DNA of 64,000 nucleotides from Terriglobia bacterium. GTDB lineage: Bacteria; Acidobacteriota; Terriglobia; JAJPHL01; JAPKYU01. Shown here in pieces: positions 1-11,356 of the stretch. Both the position numbers and the translations under genes were made by a program. Position 1 is the stretch's first letter, and the number at the start of each line of letters is the position of its first letter. The stretch spans positions 1 to 64,000 of the forward strand of contig CBDCVK010000002.1 of the NCBI GenBank assembly GCA_965223005.1, read 5' to 3'. The notes below the pieces were generated by a model. The model was not told where the DNA came from. It did not search any database and was given only the letters and a program-made list of their open reading frames with translations.

Positions 1-1829
1 GAAACTGACCGCCACGAGCATGCCAGCCCGAGTCATAGTTGGTCTTGACCAGGATTGCCTCACCCCGGCCCAGGTTTTCCGACACGCGCGCCCTGTCGTA
101 CCGGAGCCATTGGAACCGGGCCCGGCGCTTGCCTTCGGCCCAGGCCACGTAGGCGGCCAGCGCCCTCCGGTCGTCAGTGGAGCGCAGCGCGGGCAACCGC
201 CGCAGCGCCCCCAGGCTCACCACCACTGCCGTTGGTCCCGCGCCGGGCACGGCGTAGATCTTGTCGCCGCGCCCGTTGTTCAACAGTTGCGGCAGTCCAG
301 CAAAGCGCTCAGGAAAGACGTAGTGATGGTAGTACTCTTGAGACGCTGCTGAGTGCACCAGCACGCGGCGGCAGCCGAGTGCGCGCGGCCACAGTTGCGC
401 CAGGCGCCGCGCCTTCTGCGGTGAGTCGCAGGAACCCAGGGCAGCTTCGCGCTGCGCCGCCAGGATCAGCGGATTGACTGCGCCTTGTGGGCTGCCACCG
501 CCAACCTGCGGAATATCCGCGAACACGTTCAGGCGTGCCCGCAGGTTCGCCGGAAACAAAGACCCGCCCGGGCGGCTGGCGGGCCAACCAATCGGTGATC
601 TGGTAGAAGAGGGTGGCGTGCGGGTCAGCCGCAAACTGGTGGCTCCAGGCGGTCCGCAGAAACAAATGCGACGCTCCTAGAGTGGCCCCCAGCGTGGCAA
701 TGATGATGGGAGCGGCCAGCACTGTCAGGCGTCGCGGCTTCGGCAGCAGTGACAGCACCAGTCCCAAGGCCAGCGCCAGCGCCATGTGGAATTCCACGCC
801 CGACCGCCACGGCTCAGAGAAGAAATCGCTTCCGGCCTGCGAGAACGCCAGGCCAGAAGCTCCGGCGAGAGCAATCCAGGCGAGCAGGAAGGCCACCACG
901 GGCGGGGTGCGCGACCACATCGCCAGACTCAGCAACACGCCGGCTGCGGCCACGGCCCCAACGGCGAACAGGCTCATCTCGCTCAGCAGCACCCGCTCGG
1001 CCAGGTGCTCGACGTACGCCAGGCTGGCTCGGGTTGCAAAAGAGCCGGCGGTCAGCCAGAAGGCGCCCAAGGTGTGGGCCGTCACCCAGATGGCCAGCGT
1101 GCGCTTGATGGCGGTCCGGTAGTCCGGGGTGCGGCCCAAGCCGACGATGCGGCCTTGCGCCACCAGCACCGCTCCCAACCCCATCGTCAGCGCCACAGTG
1201 CCCGACTGACTCGTCAGCGGCAACAGTGCGGCGGCAAACGAAGCGACGGAATAGTGGAAGAACCGAAAGTCTTCCAGCGCGCGCCAGGCAGCCAGCAGCA
1301 CCAACGGCAGCAGGGCCGCAACCGCCAGGTGCCCTGCCTCGCCGTATTCCAGCAGCGTGACGAACGGCCACGGAGCCCTCCCGTAGCGGCCGGCCAGCCC
1401 GGCCGGATCGGGGAGCAGGTAGATCGCAGAAGGCAGCACGCTGTAAGCGAGCGCGGCAACGGCGGCCCAAAGCCGGCTGCCCAGCAAATACCGCGCCAGA
1501 AAATACAGCGTCACCGGAGCCAGCGCGTAAGCCAGCCCGCTCACCAGGTGGTAGGCGCGCGCCACCGACAAGCCCGGGACCAGCCAGGCCAGCAGGGCCA
1601 CGCTGCCGGGCAGCAGGGGCGGGCCGGAGTAGTGGAAGGGAATGCCGCCGTACCACAGCGGATTCCAGGTAAAGTGCTGCTGCTGGAAGAGGCGGGCCAG
1701 CCCGATCGAGGTGTACTCAGCACTCCAGCCGCGGAGGGAAAATTCGGCAACCAGGTAAGGCCCCAGCAGAGCCAGGTTGCCGACGAACAACAATGCGGGC
1801 AGTAGGATGTCCTTGGGACGGCGCGGCAT
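1..1829 (-). CDS. Multi-pass membrane protein, 6-pyruvoyl-tetrahydropterin synthase-related / GT-C-like; frameshifted near 545, 3' end uncertain near the window edge
   Basis: ORF 309..1829 has WNPLWYGGIP and many TM segments. Removing one C at ~545 (GGC GAA [C]CTG CGG) continues as LNVFADIPQVGGG...EYYHHYVFPERF. Confidence 0.65.
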
Positions 1830-1912
1830 TTCGGCGCACCTTTAGCGCGGCAGAAGGCCCGGGTCAAGCTCTGTTTTCATCTGTAGCAAGAAGGTGCGCT
1901 GCCAGTCGGGGG

Positions 1913-1989
1913 TGGGGTGAGCGACGGGGATCGAACCCGCAACGTCCGGAGCCACAGTCCGGTGCTCTACCGATTGAGCTACGCTCACC
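1913..1989 (-). tRNA. tRNA-His (GTG)
   Basis: Reverse complement GGTGAGCGTAGCTCAATCGGTAGAGCACCGGACTGTGGCTCCGGACGTTGCGGGTTCGATCCCCGTCGCTCACCCCA: cloverleaf, GTG anticodon, G-1, encoded CCA. Confidence 0.97.
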
Positions 1990-2042
1990 GCTGGAAACTA
2001 TCGCTATCTCTCAGACTAGCACAGCGCTCCGCGCCCATCAAC

Positions 2043-2510
2043 TTAGCGTGGTTGTCCCAGACCACCCTTCGCCAGGACCTTCCCTTGCTCATCGGACAGG
2101 CGCGCGGTGAGCGGCTTGCGCAGGTTCTCCAGGCGATCCGCTGGGATCCATACCGCATCGAACGGATACGTCAGCGCCTGGGTTACCATAGTGTCCTTCG
2201 GGGGAACAGTGACCCCGACTTCGACCGTAAGGGTAGAGCCGCGCAAGCTCACTTGCGTGATCTCGATCCCGTAGCCGCCTGTGGGTTTTTCGCCGAGAGC
2301 GGCCACGATGACCACACGGTCTCCACGTCTGTCCAAGGTGATGCTTGGGGGCGCGCGGCGCACCTTGCGCACCTTTTTTGCGAGGGAGGCGCGCTCCTCT
2401 GCCGTGGCAGGCTTGAAGGGGATACCGCCGGCTCCGGATGCAGCCAGCGCCAATAGGAGCGTCAAGTTCACACAGAACATCATCACTTCCATGGTAGCCC
2501 AACGCGCCAA
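2043..2510 (-). CDS. PrcB C-terminal domain (protease complex subunit PrcB family) secreted protein
   Basis: Motifs GEKPTGGYGIEI and VTQALTYPF; signal-like N-terminus. The true start is probably a few codons downstream. Confidence 0.8.
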   Translation of the reverse strand: MARWATMEVMMFCVNLTLLLALAASGAGGIPFKPATAEERASLAKKVRKVRRAPPSITLDRRGDRVVIVAALGEKPTGGYGIEITQVSLRGSTLTVEVGVTVPPKDTMVTQALTYPFDAVWIPADRLENLRKPLTARLSDEQGKVLAKGGLGQPR

Positions 2511-2564
2511 CGGTACGGCAAGGCATTCTCAAGAGCGGTGCGAATGCAGGTTGGTTCCAAGGGC

Positions 2565-2735
2565 TCATCCACGATCGTCGCGATGTTCCAATCGCTGGTT
2601 CAGGTCCGCCAGTTGGGCCGCAGTTTCCATCAGCGCGCCCAGTTTCAGCAGCTCTATATTGGTTGGCGGGACACCCACTGTCTCAGCCGCCTGGGCGACT
2701 CGCTTCCATTCCTCACGAATTTCTTGTGCCGTCAT
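2565..2735 (-). CDS. Small hypothetical protein (56 aa), divergent from the HTH gene
   Basis: MTAQEIREEWKRVAQAAETVGVPPTNIELLKLGALMETAAQLADLNQRLEHRDDRG*, preceded by GAAGGTGAG; below the ORF-track cutoff. Confidence 0.5.
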   Translation of the reverse strand: MTAQEIREEWKRVAQAAETVGVPPTNIELLKLGALMETAAQLADLNQRLEHRDDRG

Positions 2736-2776
2736 TGTCTCACCTTCATCGCGTCATGCTCGAGTGTGCCGCTCGT

Positions 2777-2855
2777 TTCCACTCCGGCCTTCCACTCCGG
2801 CATTTCACTCTGGCCTTGCCACTCGGGCCTTCCGCCCCGGCCTTGCGCCTCGGCA
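2777..2855. repeat. Degenerate 13-14 bp tandem repeat, about 6 copies (TTCCACTCCGGCC)
   Basis: TTCCACTCCGGCC / TTCCACTCCGGCA / TTTCACTCTGGCC / TTGCCACTCGGGCC / TTCCGCCCCGGCC / TTGCGCCTCGGCA. Confidence 0.8.
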
Positions 2856-3018
2856 CCAACCTGCGCTACCCTGCGGGTTGGTCCTTTGGGTTCTTAGCAC
2901 CTTTCGAGTGCTGACAACCGCAAAGGCGTTTTCTTGGCGTATAGTAAGCTTTTCAGAATATGTTGTAAAGCTTATAATGTGCGTATTTACATTAATCATT
3001 ATGGTATAAGAAGGCCTT

Positions 3019-3411
3019 ATGCAGGAAGCCTCCCGCGAACTCGTCAAGCGTCTGAAGATGCTCAAGAATACCCTGCAGCTGACCTGGAGCGAGCTGGCGT
3101 CGCAGCTTGGCGTATCGAAAAGCTGGATCGACCAGGTCCTCTACGGCACGCCGCCCGAGGAACCCAGGCCGCATGTCCTGCGGCGGATTGAAGAACTCGA
3201 AGCCAAGATTCGGCAACCGAAGACATCCATGCAGATGCTGGAACTGGGGGATTTGAAACTCCGGGTGGCTGCCCTTGAACGACGTATGACGGAAGTCGTT
3301 GAAATTCTCAGTCGCCTGGGAACACCAGCGCCCGCTGTGAAACTGATGGAAGAAGGCCATGAACTACGGGAGCCTCCGCTGCGGGAGGAAGAGAAGCTGC
3401 CGGAGGGCTAA
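3019..3411 (+). CDS. XRE-family helix-turn-helix transcriptional regulator
   Basis: LTWSELASQLGVSKSWIDQVLYG HTH followed by a coiled coil; AT-rich palindromic upstream region. Confidence 0.75.
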   Translation: MQEASRELVKRLKMLKNTLQLTWSELASQLGVSKSWIDQVLYGTPPEEPRPHVLRRIEELEAKIRQPKTSMQMLELGDLKLRVAALERRMTEVVEILSRLGTPAPAVKLMEEGHELREPPLREEEKLPEG

Positions 3412-3475
3412 CGGTGTCGTTGCCAACCCTGTGGGGTTTAAGAGGGGGGGCGAATCGCCGTCGAGTGGAACTGGC

Positions 3476-4825
3476 CTACTCGGAGCTGAGCGGCGGTCGC
3501 CCGATGGAACTGTAGTGGAAGCCGTGGCCTCGTATGGTGGCCGGATCAAACACGTTGCGGCCGTCCACCACGATCGGGTAACGCATCAACTTCCGCACCC
3601 GGGCCAGGTCAAGCTTCCGGAACTCATCCCAATCCGTGCAGAGCACCAGGCAGTCGGATTCTTCGAGCGCGGCGTAGGCATCTTGGCAGTAAACCACCTG
3701 GGGCAGCACGCGCTGCGCGTTTTCCATGGCGCAGGGATCGTAAGCGCGCACCGAAGCGCCCTCCCGCAACAGTTCCCGGATAACGTCAAGGGCTGACGCC
3801 TGGCGAATGTCATCCGTGTCGGGTTTGAAAGCCAGGCCGAGCACGGTGACGGTCTTGTCCCTGAGGTTCCATATCGCCCCCCGGATCTTGCGTAGGAAGC
3901 GCGCCTTCTGGTCTTCATTGATGGCCTCCACCTCGCGCAGGAGGCGGAAGTCGTAACCAAGCTGCTCCGCGATCTGGTAGAAGGCCTTCAGATCTTTGGG
4001 GAAGCAAGAGCCGCCATAACCCAGGCCGGGTTGGAGAAAGGTGGCACCAATGCGGGCATCCAGTCCAATGCCGTGCGCCACATCCACAATGTCCGCTCCG
4101 GATTGCTCTGTCAGGATGCTGATGGCGTTGATGAAGGAAATCTTCATTGCCAGAAACGCGTTGGAGGCGTGTTTGATCAATTCCGCGCTTTTGATATCGG
4201 TGAGCAACAACGGCGGTGGGGAAGTGTCTCTGATTCCGGCGGCGCGGTAATAGTCTCCGGAAGTTAACGGCCGGTAGAGTTCGGCCATCAGCTGGCGCGC
4301 CTGCTCGGAGTCGGCCCCCACTACAATGCGATCCGGGTGGAAGAAATCGTTCAGGCCGCAACCCTCGCGAAGGAATTCCGGATTGGACACAAGGTCGTAG
4401 TCGCCGCCGTGGTGATTGAGGTTGATGACGCGGCGAATGTTTTCACAGGTGTTCACCGGCACGGTGCTCTTCTCCACGATCACCCGGTAGCTTGTCAGGC
4501 ACCGCCCAATGTCGCGGCACACCGCCTCGATGGCGCTCAGGTCGGCCTCGCCGTCCTGGCGGGCAGGTGTGCCCACAGCGATGAACACGATCGAGGCCTG
4601 GTTGAGTGCTGGCGGAATTTCTGTCGAGAAGTGGAGGCGCCCGGCGCCCGCATTGCGCGCCACCAGTTCTTCCAGGCCCGGTTCGTAAATCGGCAGGCGG
4701 CCCTGGCGAAGCTCGGCAATCTTGGCCGCATCGTGGTCCACCAGCGTGACTCGATGACCAATCTCGGACAGCCCCACCCCGGTGACCGATCCCACATACC
4801 CCGCGCCGATGATGGCAATCTCCAT
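3476..4825 (-). CDS. ugd: UDP-glucose 6-dehydrogenase
   Basis: GAGYVG Rossmann motif, KSTVPV, SNPEFLREG, GYGGSCFPKD, GLAFKPDTDDIR. Confidence 0.95.
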   Translation of the reverse strand: MEIAIIGAGYVGSVTGVGLSEIGHRVTLVDHDAAKIAELRQGRLPIYEPGLEELVARNAGAGRLHFSTEIPPALNQASIVFIAVGTPARQDGEADLSAIEAVCRDIGRCLTSYRVIVEKSTVPVNTCENIRRVINLNHHGGDYDLVSNPEFLREGCGLNDFFHPDRIVVGADSEQARQLMAELYRPLTSGDYYRAAGIRDTSPPPLLLTDIKSAELIKHASNAFLAMKISFINAISILTEQSGADIVDVAHGIGLDARIGATFLQPGLGYGGSCFPKDLKAFYQIAEQLGYDFRLLREVEAINEDQKARFLRKIRGAIWNLRDKTVTVLGLAFKPDTDDIRQASALDVIRELLREGASVRAYDPCAMENAQRVLPQVVYCQDAYAALEESDCLVLCTDWDEFRKLDLARVRKLMRYPIVVDGRNVFDPATIRGHGFHYSSIGRPPLSSE

Positions 4826-5064
4826 TAGAGCAGCTTTCTCCGGTTTGCTCGCCTAGCGCCTAATTCTAAACAATTCGAGGTCGGTTACCGCAACTGCCCC
4901 ATAACCTTCAGCATCACTCGCCGGCACCACGGGTCACCGGAGGTCCGGGCTGGGTAAAGAGCGCGACGCCACCCAGATGAGTTGCGCCTGGGCGGCGTGA
5001 GAAGCTGGCAGGTTAGGCTGCGGCCAGCCGGCGGTCGGCTACGGGCGCCGGCAGAATCCGTTCG

Positions 5065-6114
<1,050 letters not shown>

Positions 6115-6158
6115 GATCGGTTCTCCCTTCGGGCGGCCGGTCTGGGCGTTGGCAGGCT

Positions 6159-6200
6159 AAAAACATCGCGGCCCACCGTTGCCGGTGGGCCGCCGAGATG
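6159..6200 (-). terminator. Intrinsic terminator in the aroF leader (attenuator)
   Basis: Minus strand CATC-tcg-GCGGCCCACCG-GCAA-CGGTGGGCCGC-GATG-TTTTT, about 45 nt upstream of the aroF start. Confidence 0.85.
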
Positions 6201-6222
6201 ATGCCAAATTCCTAAGACGCAC

Positions 6223-6297
6223 TCAGCTGCACACCTGGCAGACACGCCAGTAGGAGCGGCTAAATCGAGACACGCAAAGTTGGCCTCGGAGCGTCAT
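6223..6297 (-). CDS. Putative aroF leader peptide (24 aa, [24 protein letters not shown])
   Basis: ATG lies 7 nt after a perfect TATAAT; F, Y and W codons are clustered; the ORF ends just upstream of the terminator. Confidence 0.7.
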   Translation of the reverse strand: MTLRGQLCVSRFSRSYWRVCQVCS

Positions 6298-6304
6298 TTT
6301 TTGC

Positions 6305-6334
6305 ATTATACGCAGGTCTGGGAAACTCTGTCTA
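6305..6334 (-). promoter_or_regulatory. Sigma-70 promoter of the aroF leader
   Basis: TAGACA-N18-TATAAT on the minus strand. Confidence 0.7.
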
Positions 6335-6416
6335 GAGGTTTGTGCGTGTGCGCGCACTCCGGGTTCCTGTTTGGGAAACGCACGCGGCCACTTCTTCCCT
6401 ATAGTACAATCGCCGC

Positions 6417-6556
6417 ATGGAGATTGCGGTGGGCGCCGGCCACGCGGGATTTGCTCTGACGCTGGAGATGCTCCGCGCCTGGCTGGAAACCAGCTTCGCT
6501 GGCGGGCGTCACCAGAGGCACCTCGAGAGGATCACCGAGTTAGAAAGGAACCGGGG

Positions 6557-6560
<4 letters not shown>
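6417..6560 (+). pseudogene. rpiB: Internally deleted ribose-5-phosphate isomerase B (47 aa in-frame remnant)
   Basis: [14 protein letters not shown] (RpiB N-terminus) fused to [25 protein letters not shown] (RpiB C-terminus); catalytic CGTG core absent; ATGA overlap with glyA. Confidence 0.8.
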
Positions 6561-7828
<1,268 letters not shown>

Positions 7829-7922
7829 GTCCGCGTGTGAGTCCCCAGTGTGAGTTCCGATGTAGCTCAGCCCCAGCGACTGGGACTTGCGACTTGGACC
7901 TTAGGGCCGTGGACGTTGTTTG

Positions 7923-9080
7923 ATGAATATCGCCGATGAACATCGCCCGCTGAACATCGCCATCGATGTGCGACGCCTGGCCGACTTCGGCGTCGGCACC
8001 TATATCCGCAACCTGGTGCGCACCTTATTCCACAAGGATGCAGAGAACCGTTATCTGCTGATCGGGCCGCCGGAACAGATCGAAGAGCTGGACGCTCTGC
8101 CGTCCAATTTTGAGCCCTTGGACTACACCCAGAGTGATGAATCACCCGGGAACCACTTCCGGTTCCGCTTCCTACTGCAGGAGCGAAGAGTGGATGTGCT
8201 GCATATCCCCCACATGCGCATCCCGCTGCTGGTGCCCTGCCGCTATGTCGTCACGGTTCACGACCTGGCCGATTTCCTGTTTCCCGCCGACAACGGATTC
8301 CGCAACAGCCTGCGCCTCTATTTCGTGCGGCACGGACTGCGCGGCGCGGCCCGCATCATCACCGTTTCCCGCGCCACCCACCTGGACCTGACCGAACTTT
8401 GCCGGATCCCTCCAGGAAAAATTGAGGTCGTGCACAACGCTATTGACGAGCGGTTCAGCGTTCCTACTCGTCACGACGAAAAAAAGTTGGCGCTGGAGCG
8501 CTACGGGGTCAACTACCCGTTCGTCCTTTACGCCGGCAACGTTAAGGCGCAGAAGAACCTGGTCCGTCTCATCGAAGCTTTCGCCGTGCTGAAGGGAGAG
8601 TTGCGGGCGCACCCTGTCTACGGCGACCTGAAGCTGATCCTGATCGGCGATGAGCTGGGCAAGCACCCTCACCTGCGCAGCACGGTGGTCAAGACCCGCA
8701 TCCAGCAGGATGTGCGCTTCCTGGGCTTCGTGCCGGTGGACGTGCTGCGAGTGTTCTATTCCTCAGCCGAGGTGTTCGTCTTCCCATCGCTGCACGAAGG
8801 CTTTGGCCTCCCGCCGCTGGAGGCGATGGCGCAGGGCACGCCGGTGGTGGTCTCCAATGTCTCCTCTCTGCCGGAGGTGGTGGGGAACGCGGCGGTGATG
8901 GTGAATCCTGACAACGTCTTCGACATCGCTCGCGGGGTGAAGCGCGTTCTGCTGGACGTGGACGCCCGGGAGCTGCTCCGACAGCGTGGCCTGGAGCAGG
9001 TGAAGAAATTCTCCTGGGAGCGCTCGGTCGGACGCGTTCTGGAAATTTACCGCCAGACTGCGGAACGCCGCGCCTTCTGA
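7923..9080 (+). CDS. Glycosyltransferase family 4 (group 1)
   Basis: VVTVHDL, KNLVRLIEAF, FVFPSLHEGFGLPPLEAMAQGTPVV. Confidence 0.93.
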   Translation: MNIADEHRPLNIAIDVRRLADFGVGTYIRNLVRTLFHKDAENRYLLIGPPEQIEELDALPSNFEPLDYTQSDESPGNHFRFRFLLQERRVDVLHIPHMRIPLLVPCRYVVTVHDLADFLFPADNGFRNSLRLYFVRHGLRGAARIITVSRATHLDLTELCRIPPGKIEVVHNAIDERFSVPTRHDEKKLALERYGVNYPFVLYAGNVKAQKNLVRLIEAFAVLKGELRAHPVYGDLKLILIGDELGKHPHLRSTVVKTRIQQDVRFLGFVPVDVLRVFYSSAEVFVFPSLHEGFGLPPLEAMAQGTPVVVSNVSSLPEVVGNAAVMVNPDNVFDIARGVKRVLLDVDARELLRQRGLEQVKKFSWERSVGRVLEIYRQTAERRAF

Positions 9081-9240
9081 TCGCCTTAAAATCTCTCCGC
9101 CTGGGATCGCCGCTCGGCGGGGCCGTGTCAATTCTGACGCGAGTGTTCGCCGCACCACGCCCTGGATTGCCCTAACTCCCTACAAGCTATTTCCCAGCAA
9201 TGAGTTAGCTTTTGGTCCTAGGCCTGCCCTCATCTTGGGC

Positions 9241-9846
9241 ATGATGCCCTCTGGAAGCAAGCCCATCAAGCAAGCAGCTGCGGCGAGAGCCGCGTTGGCA
9301 ATCGCCATAGCGATTCTGTCAGCAATGGAGCTCGCCAACGCTCAAAGCTCCGCCGCTCTCCCAGAACAGGAACGTCAGAGCGAGCGGCGGCTGGTGATCA
9401 ATGTCCGTGCCAGGACCCTCGAACTGTTCGAGAACGGCGAATGGGTGAAGAGCTACCCCATCGCCGTGGGCAAGCCCTCGACACCGACCCCACTCGGCAC
9501 CTTTCAAGTTTCTACCAAGGTCAAGAACCCCACCTGGTACGGGCCGAACAAGCAAGTGATCCCGCCCGGCAAGAAGAATCCGGTGGGGACGCGCTGGATG
9601 GGCTTGGATAAGAAAGGGTACGGCATCCACGGAACCAATGACCCCGATTCCATCGGGCTCGCGGCCTCCCGCGGCTGCATTCGCATGCTCAACCGCGAGG
9701 CCGAAGACCTGTTTGCCCGCTTGGAAGTTGGCGACCAGGTGGAAATCCTGGCTGAGCCGATGACGGCTGACGCCGCCACCTTGCGCGACTCGTATCGCCC
9801 AGACGGCACCGACACCGGCACTGGCGATCTGGTCGGGGGGAGCTAG
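9241..9846 (+). CDS. L,D-transpeptidase (YkuD family)
   Basis: YPIAVGK, TPTPLG, YGIHGTN, SRGCIRM; signal peptide. Confidence 0.92.
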   Translation: MMPSGSKPIKQAAAARAALAIAIAILSAMELANAQSSAALPEQERQSERRLVINVRARTLELFENGEWVKSYPIAVGKPSTPTPLGTFQVSTKVKNPTWYGPNKQVIPPGKKNPVGTRWMGLDKKGYGIHGTNDPDSIGLAASRGCIRMLNREAEDLFARLEVGDQVEILAEPMTADAATLRDSYRPDGTDTGTGDLVGGS

Positions 9847-9848
9847 CC

Positions 9849-10001
9849 ATGGAACTGGGCTTCACAGATACGCTGTACGTCTCCTTGGCGGCTGTAGTGG
9901 GTTTCCAGATGGCACTGGCCGCCGACTACTTCCTACTGAAGCTCCTGCTCCGAATTATGCGCTCCGGGGTTCCGCGGGAGCATCCCGACAGCAATCTGTG
10001 A
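9849..10001 (+). CDS. Small membrane protein (50 aa)
   Basis: MELGFTDTLYVSLAAVVGFQMALAADYFLLKLLLRIMR..., starts 2 nt after the LDT stop with GGGGAG upstream. Confidence 0.55.
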   Translation: MELGFTDTLYVSLAAVVGFQMALAADYFLLKLLLRIMRSGVPREHPDSNL

Positions 10002-10090
10002 AATTTCTCAATCACACCTGTCCGCGAGTCAGGGCTTCGCGTCCATACCTGGCCGTTTTCCCGAATCTGACACTGCGGTAATATCAGTGC

Positions 10091-11356
10091 ATGCTCCCGC
10101 TTGTTTTGCTTCTGGCATTAAGGCTGCCCCAAACGGAAGTCGACGCCTTTGCTCGAAGGGTGGCGCAGGCTCTAGCTCAAAGCCAGGCGCCGGGTCCGCA
10201 CAGTCGCGTTCAGTTACAGGTGGAGGACGCTGGAGGGGTCGGCGCTGCCGGGCAACTCGCTCGCGCCTTGCATGAAGCGCTCCTACTTGAAGGATTTGAG
10301 CCGACGGCCGCGGGGAAATTCGGCCATCGGGTGTTTGCCTATCTGAGCCTGCGCCGCGGCCGGCCACTGGCTGCGGTACGAATCCTCGGGGAAGGGGGTG
10401 GCAAAGAGGTAGCGGTGCTGTTTGCCGAATTCTCACCCGGCGCGGCGCCAGAACCGGTTCAACCGGAAGGCCCCCCGGTGGCGATCCGCACCCGAACGCT
10501 GCTGGCCACCGAGCTTCCGGTGCTGGACCTGGAGGCCGATCGGAAGGGAAACCTCTTTGTCCTGCACCCGGACCGCTTGGTTGTCTTCGACTTGAACGCC
10601 GTCGGTCTACCGGGAAAACCCCCAGTAAAAGCAGCGGTCGGGCTCGACACGGGAGCCAAGCGTTTGCGCGACCCGCTGGTGCGGTTGCTGACGCACGACA
10701 GCCCTCGCCGGTTGGAGTTGTATTCCGCCGCCGAGACGTTGGCGCCAGCGCCTCCAAAGATAATCGAGGGCTACACCCTCAGGAGCTTGGAAGCTTCGGC
10801 CCCGCTACGGGTGTCGCATCCATGGCGTGCCGTCTCCCTTCAGTTCCGGCTCGCCGCCGGCAGGAACTTCCTTTACGGCGGTCCGGTGACGAAGCTGTAC
10901 GGTTTGGCTCCGGTGCGCAGCCCGCTCCGCGCGCACTGGGTCCTGTTGGACGGCACCGGACGTTTGGTGCTGACCGACGCCAGCTTGCGGCCGATCAGCA
11001 TCGCTTCCGGTCCTTTCGGAGGCGATGTCGCCTCGGCGGCCCTGCCCTGCACCGGGACCCTCGTGATGGCGGCCGGCCCCGAGCCGCATCCGCTCCGCGA
11101 CCGCATCAGTGTCCTTCGTTTAGAGAATGACCGTCTGCGGCCCCTCACCGGCCTGGCGATGGAAGGCGCCGTCCGTCGTCTGAAAACTCTCCCTCCTGTC
11201 GGCAAAGCGCGGCGAATCCTCGCTGTGGTTCAAAACAGCGGTGAGGTCCAAACCGGCGCTGTGGCTCAAACCGACGCTGTGGCTCAAACCGACGCTGTGG
11301 CTCAAGCCAACCAGGCCACCCGCATCGAAGAAATCGAATTGAGGTGTTCCCCGTGA
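10091..11356 (+). CDS. Secreted hypothetical protein (possible beta-propeller-like)
   Basis: Signal-like N-terminus; 421 aa; GTGA overlap with the next gene; 6-aa repeats near the C-terminus. Confidence 0.65.
   Translation: MLPLVLLLALRLPQTEVDAFARRVAQALAQSQAPGPHSRVQLQVEDAGGVGAAGQLARALHEALLLEGFEPTAAGKFGHRVFAYLSLRRGRPLAAVRILGEGGGKEVAVLFAEFSPGAAPEPVQPEGPPVAIRTRTLLATELPVLDLEADRKGNLFVLHPDRLVVFDLNAVGLPGKPPVKAAVGLDTGAKRLRDPLVRLLTHDSPRRLELYSAAETLAPAPPKIIEGYTLRSLEASAPLRVSHPWRAVSLQFRLAAGRNFLYGGPVTKLYGLAPVRSPLRAHWVLLDGTGRLVLTDASLRPISIASGPFGGDVASAALPCTGTLVMAAGPEPHPLRDRISVLRLENDRLRPLTGLAMEGAVRRLKTLPPVGKARRILAVVQNSGEVQTGAVAQTDAVAQTDAVAQANQATRIEEIELRCSP
11221..11310 (+). repeat. 18-bp in-frame tandem repeat x5 (AVAQTD-like)
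   Basis: Units of CGCTGTGGCTCAAACCGA. Confidence 0.85.

Noticed and set aside
2777-2855. Repeat run as a CRISPR array (also 30579-30634)
   Set aside because: Units are 13-14 bp and contiguous, with no spacers and no cas genes.
6371-6556. N-terminal extension of glyA or a glycine riboswitch
   Set aside because: The region is better explained as an rpiB remnant in another frame; SHMT similarity begins at ATG 6557.
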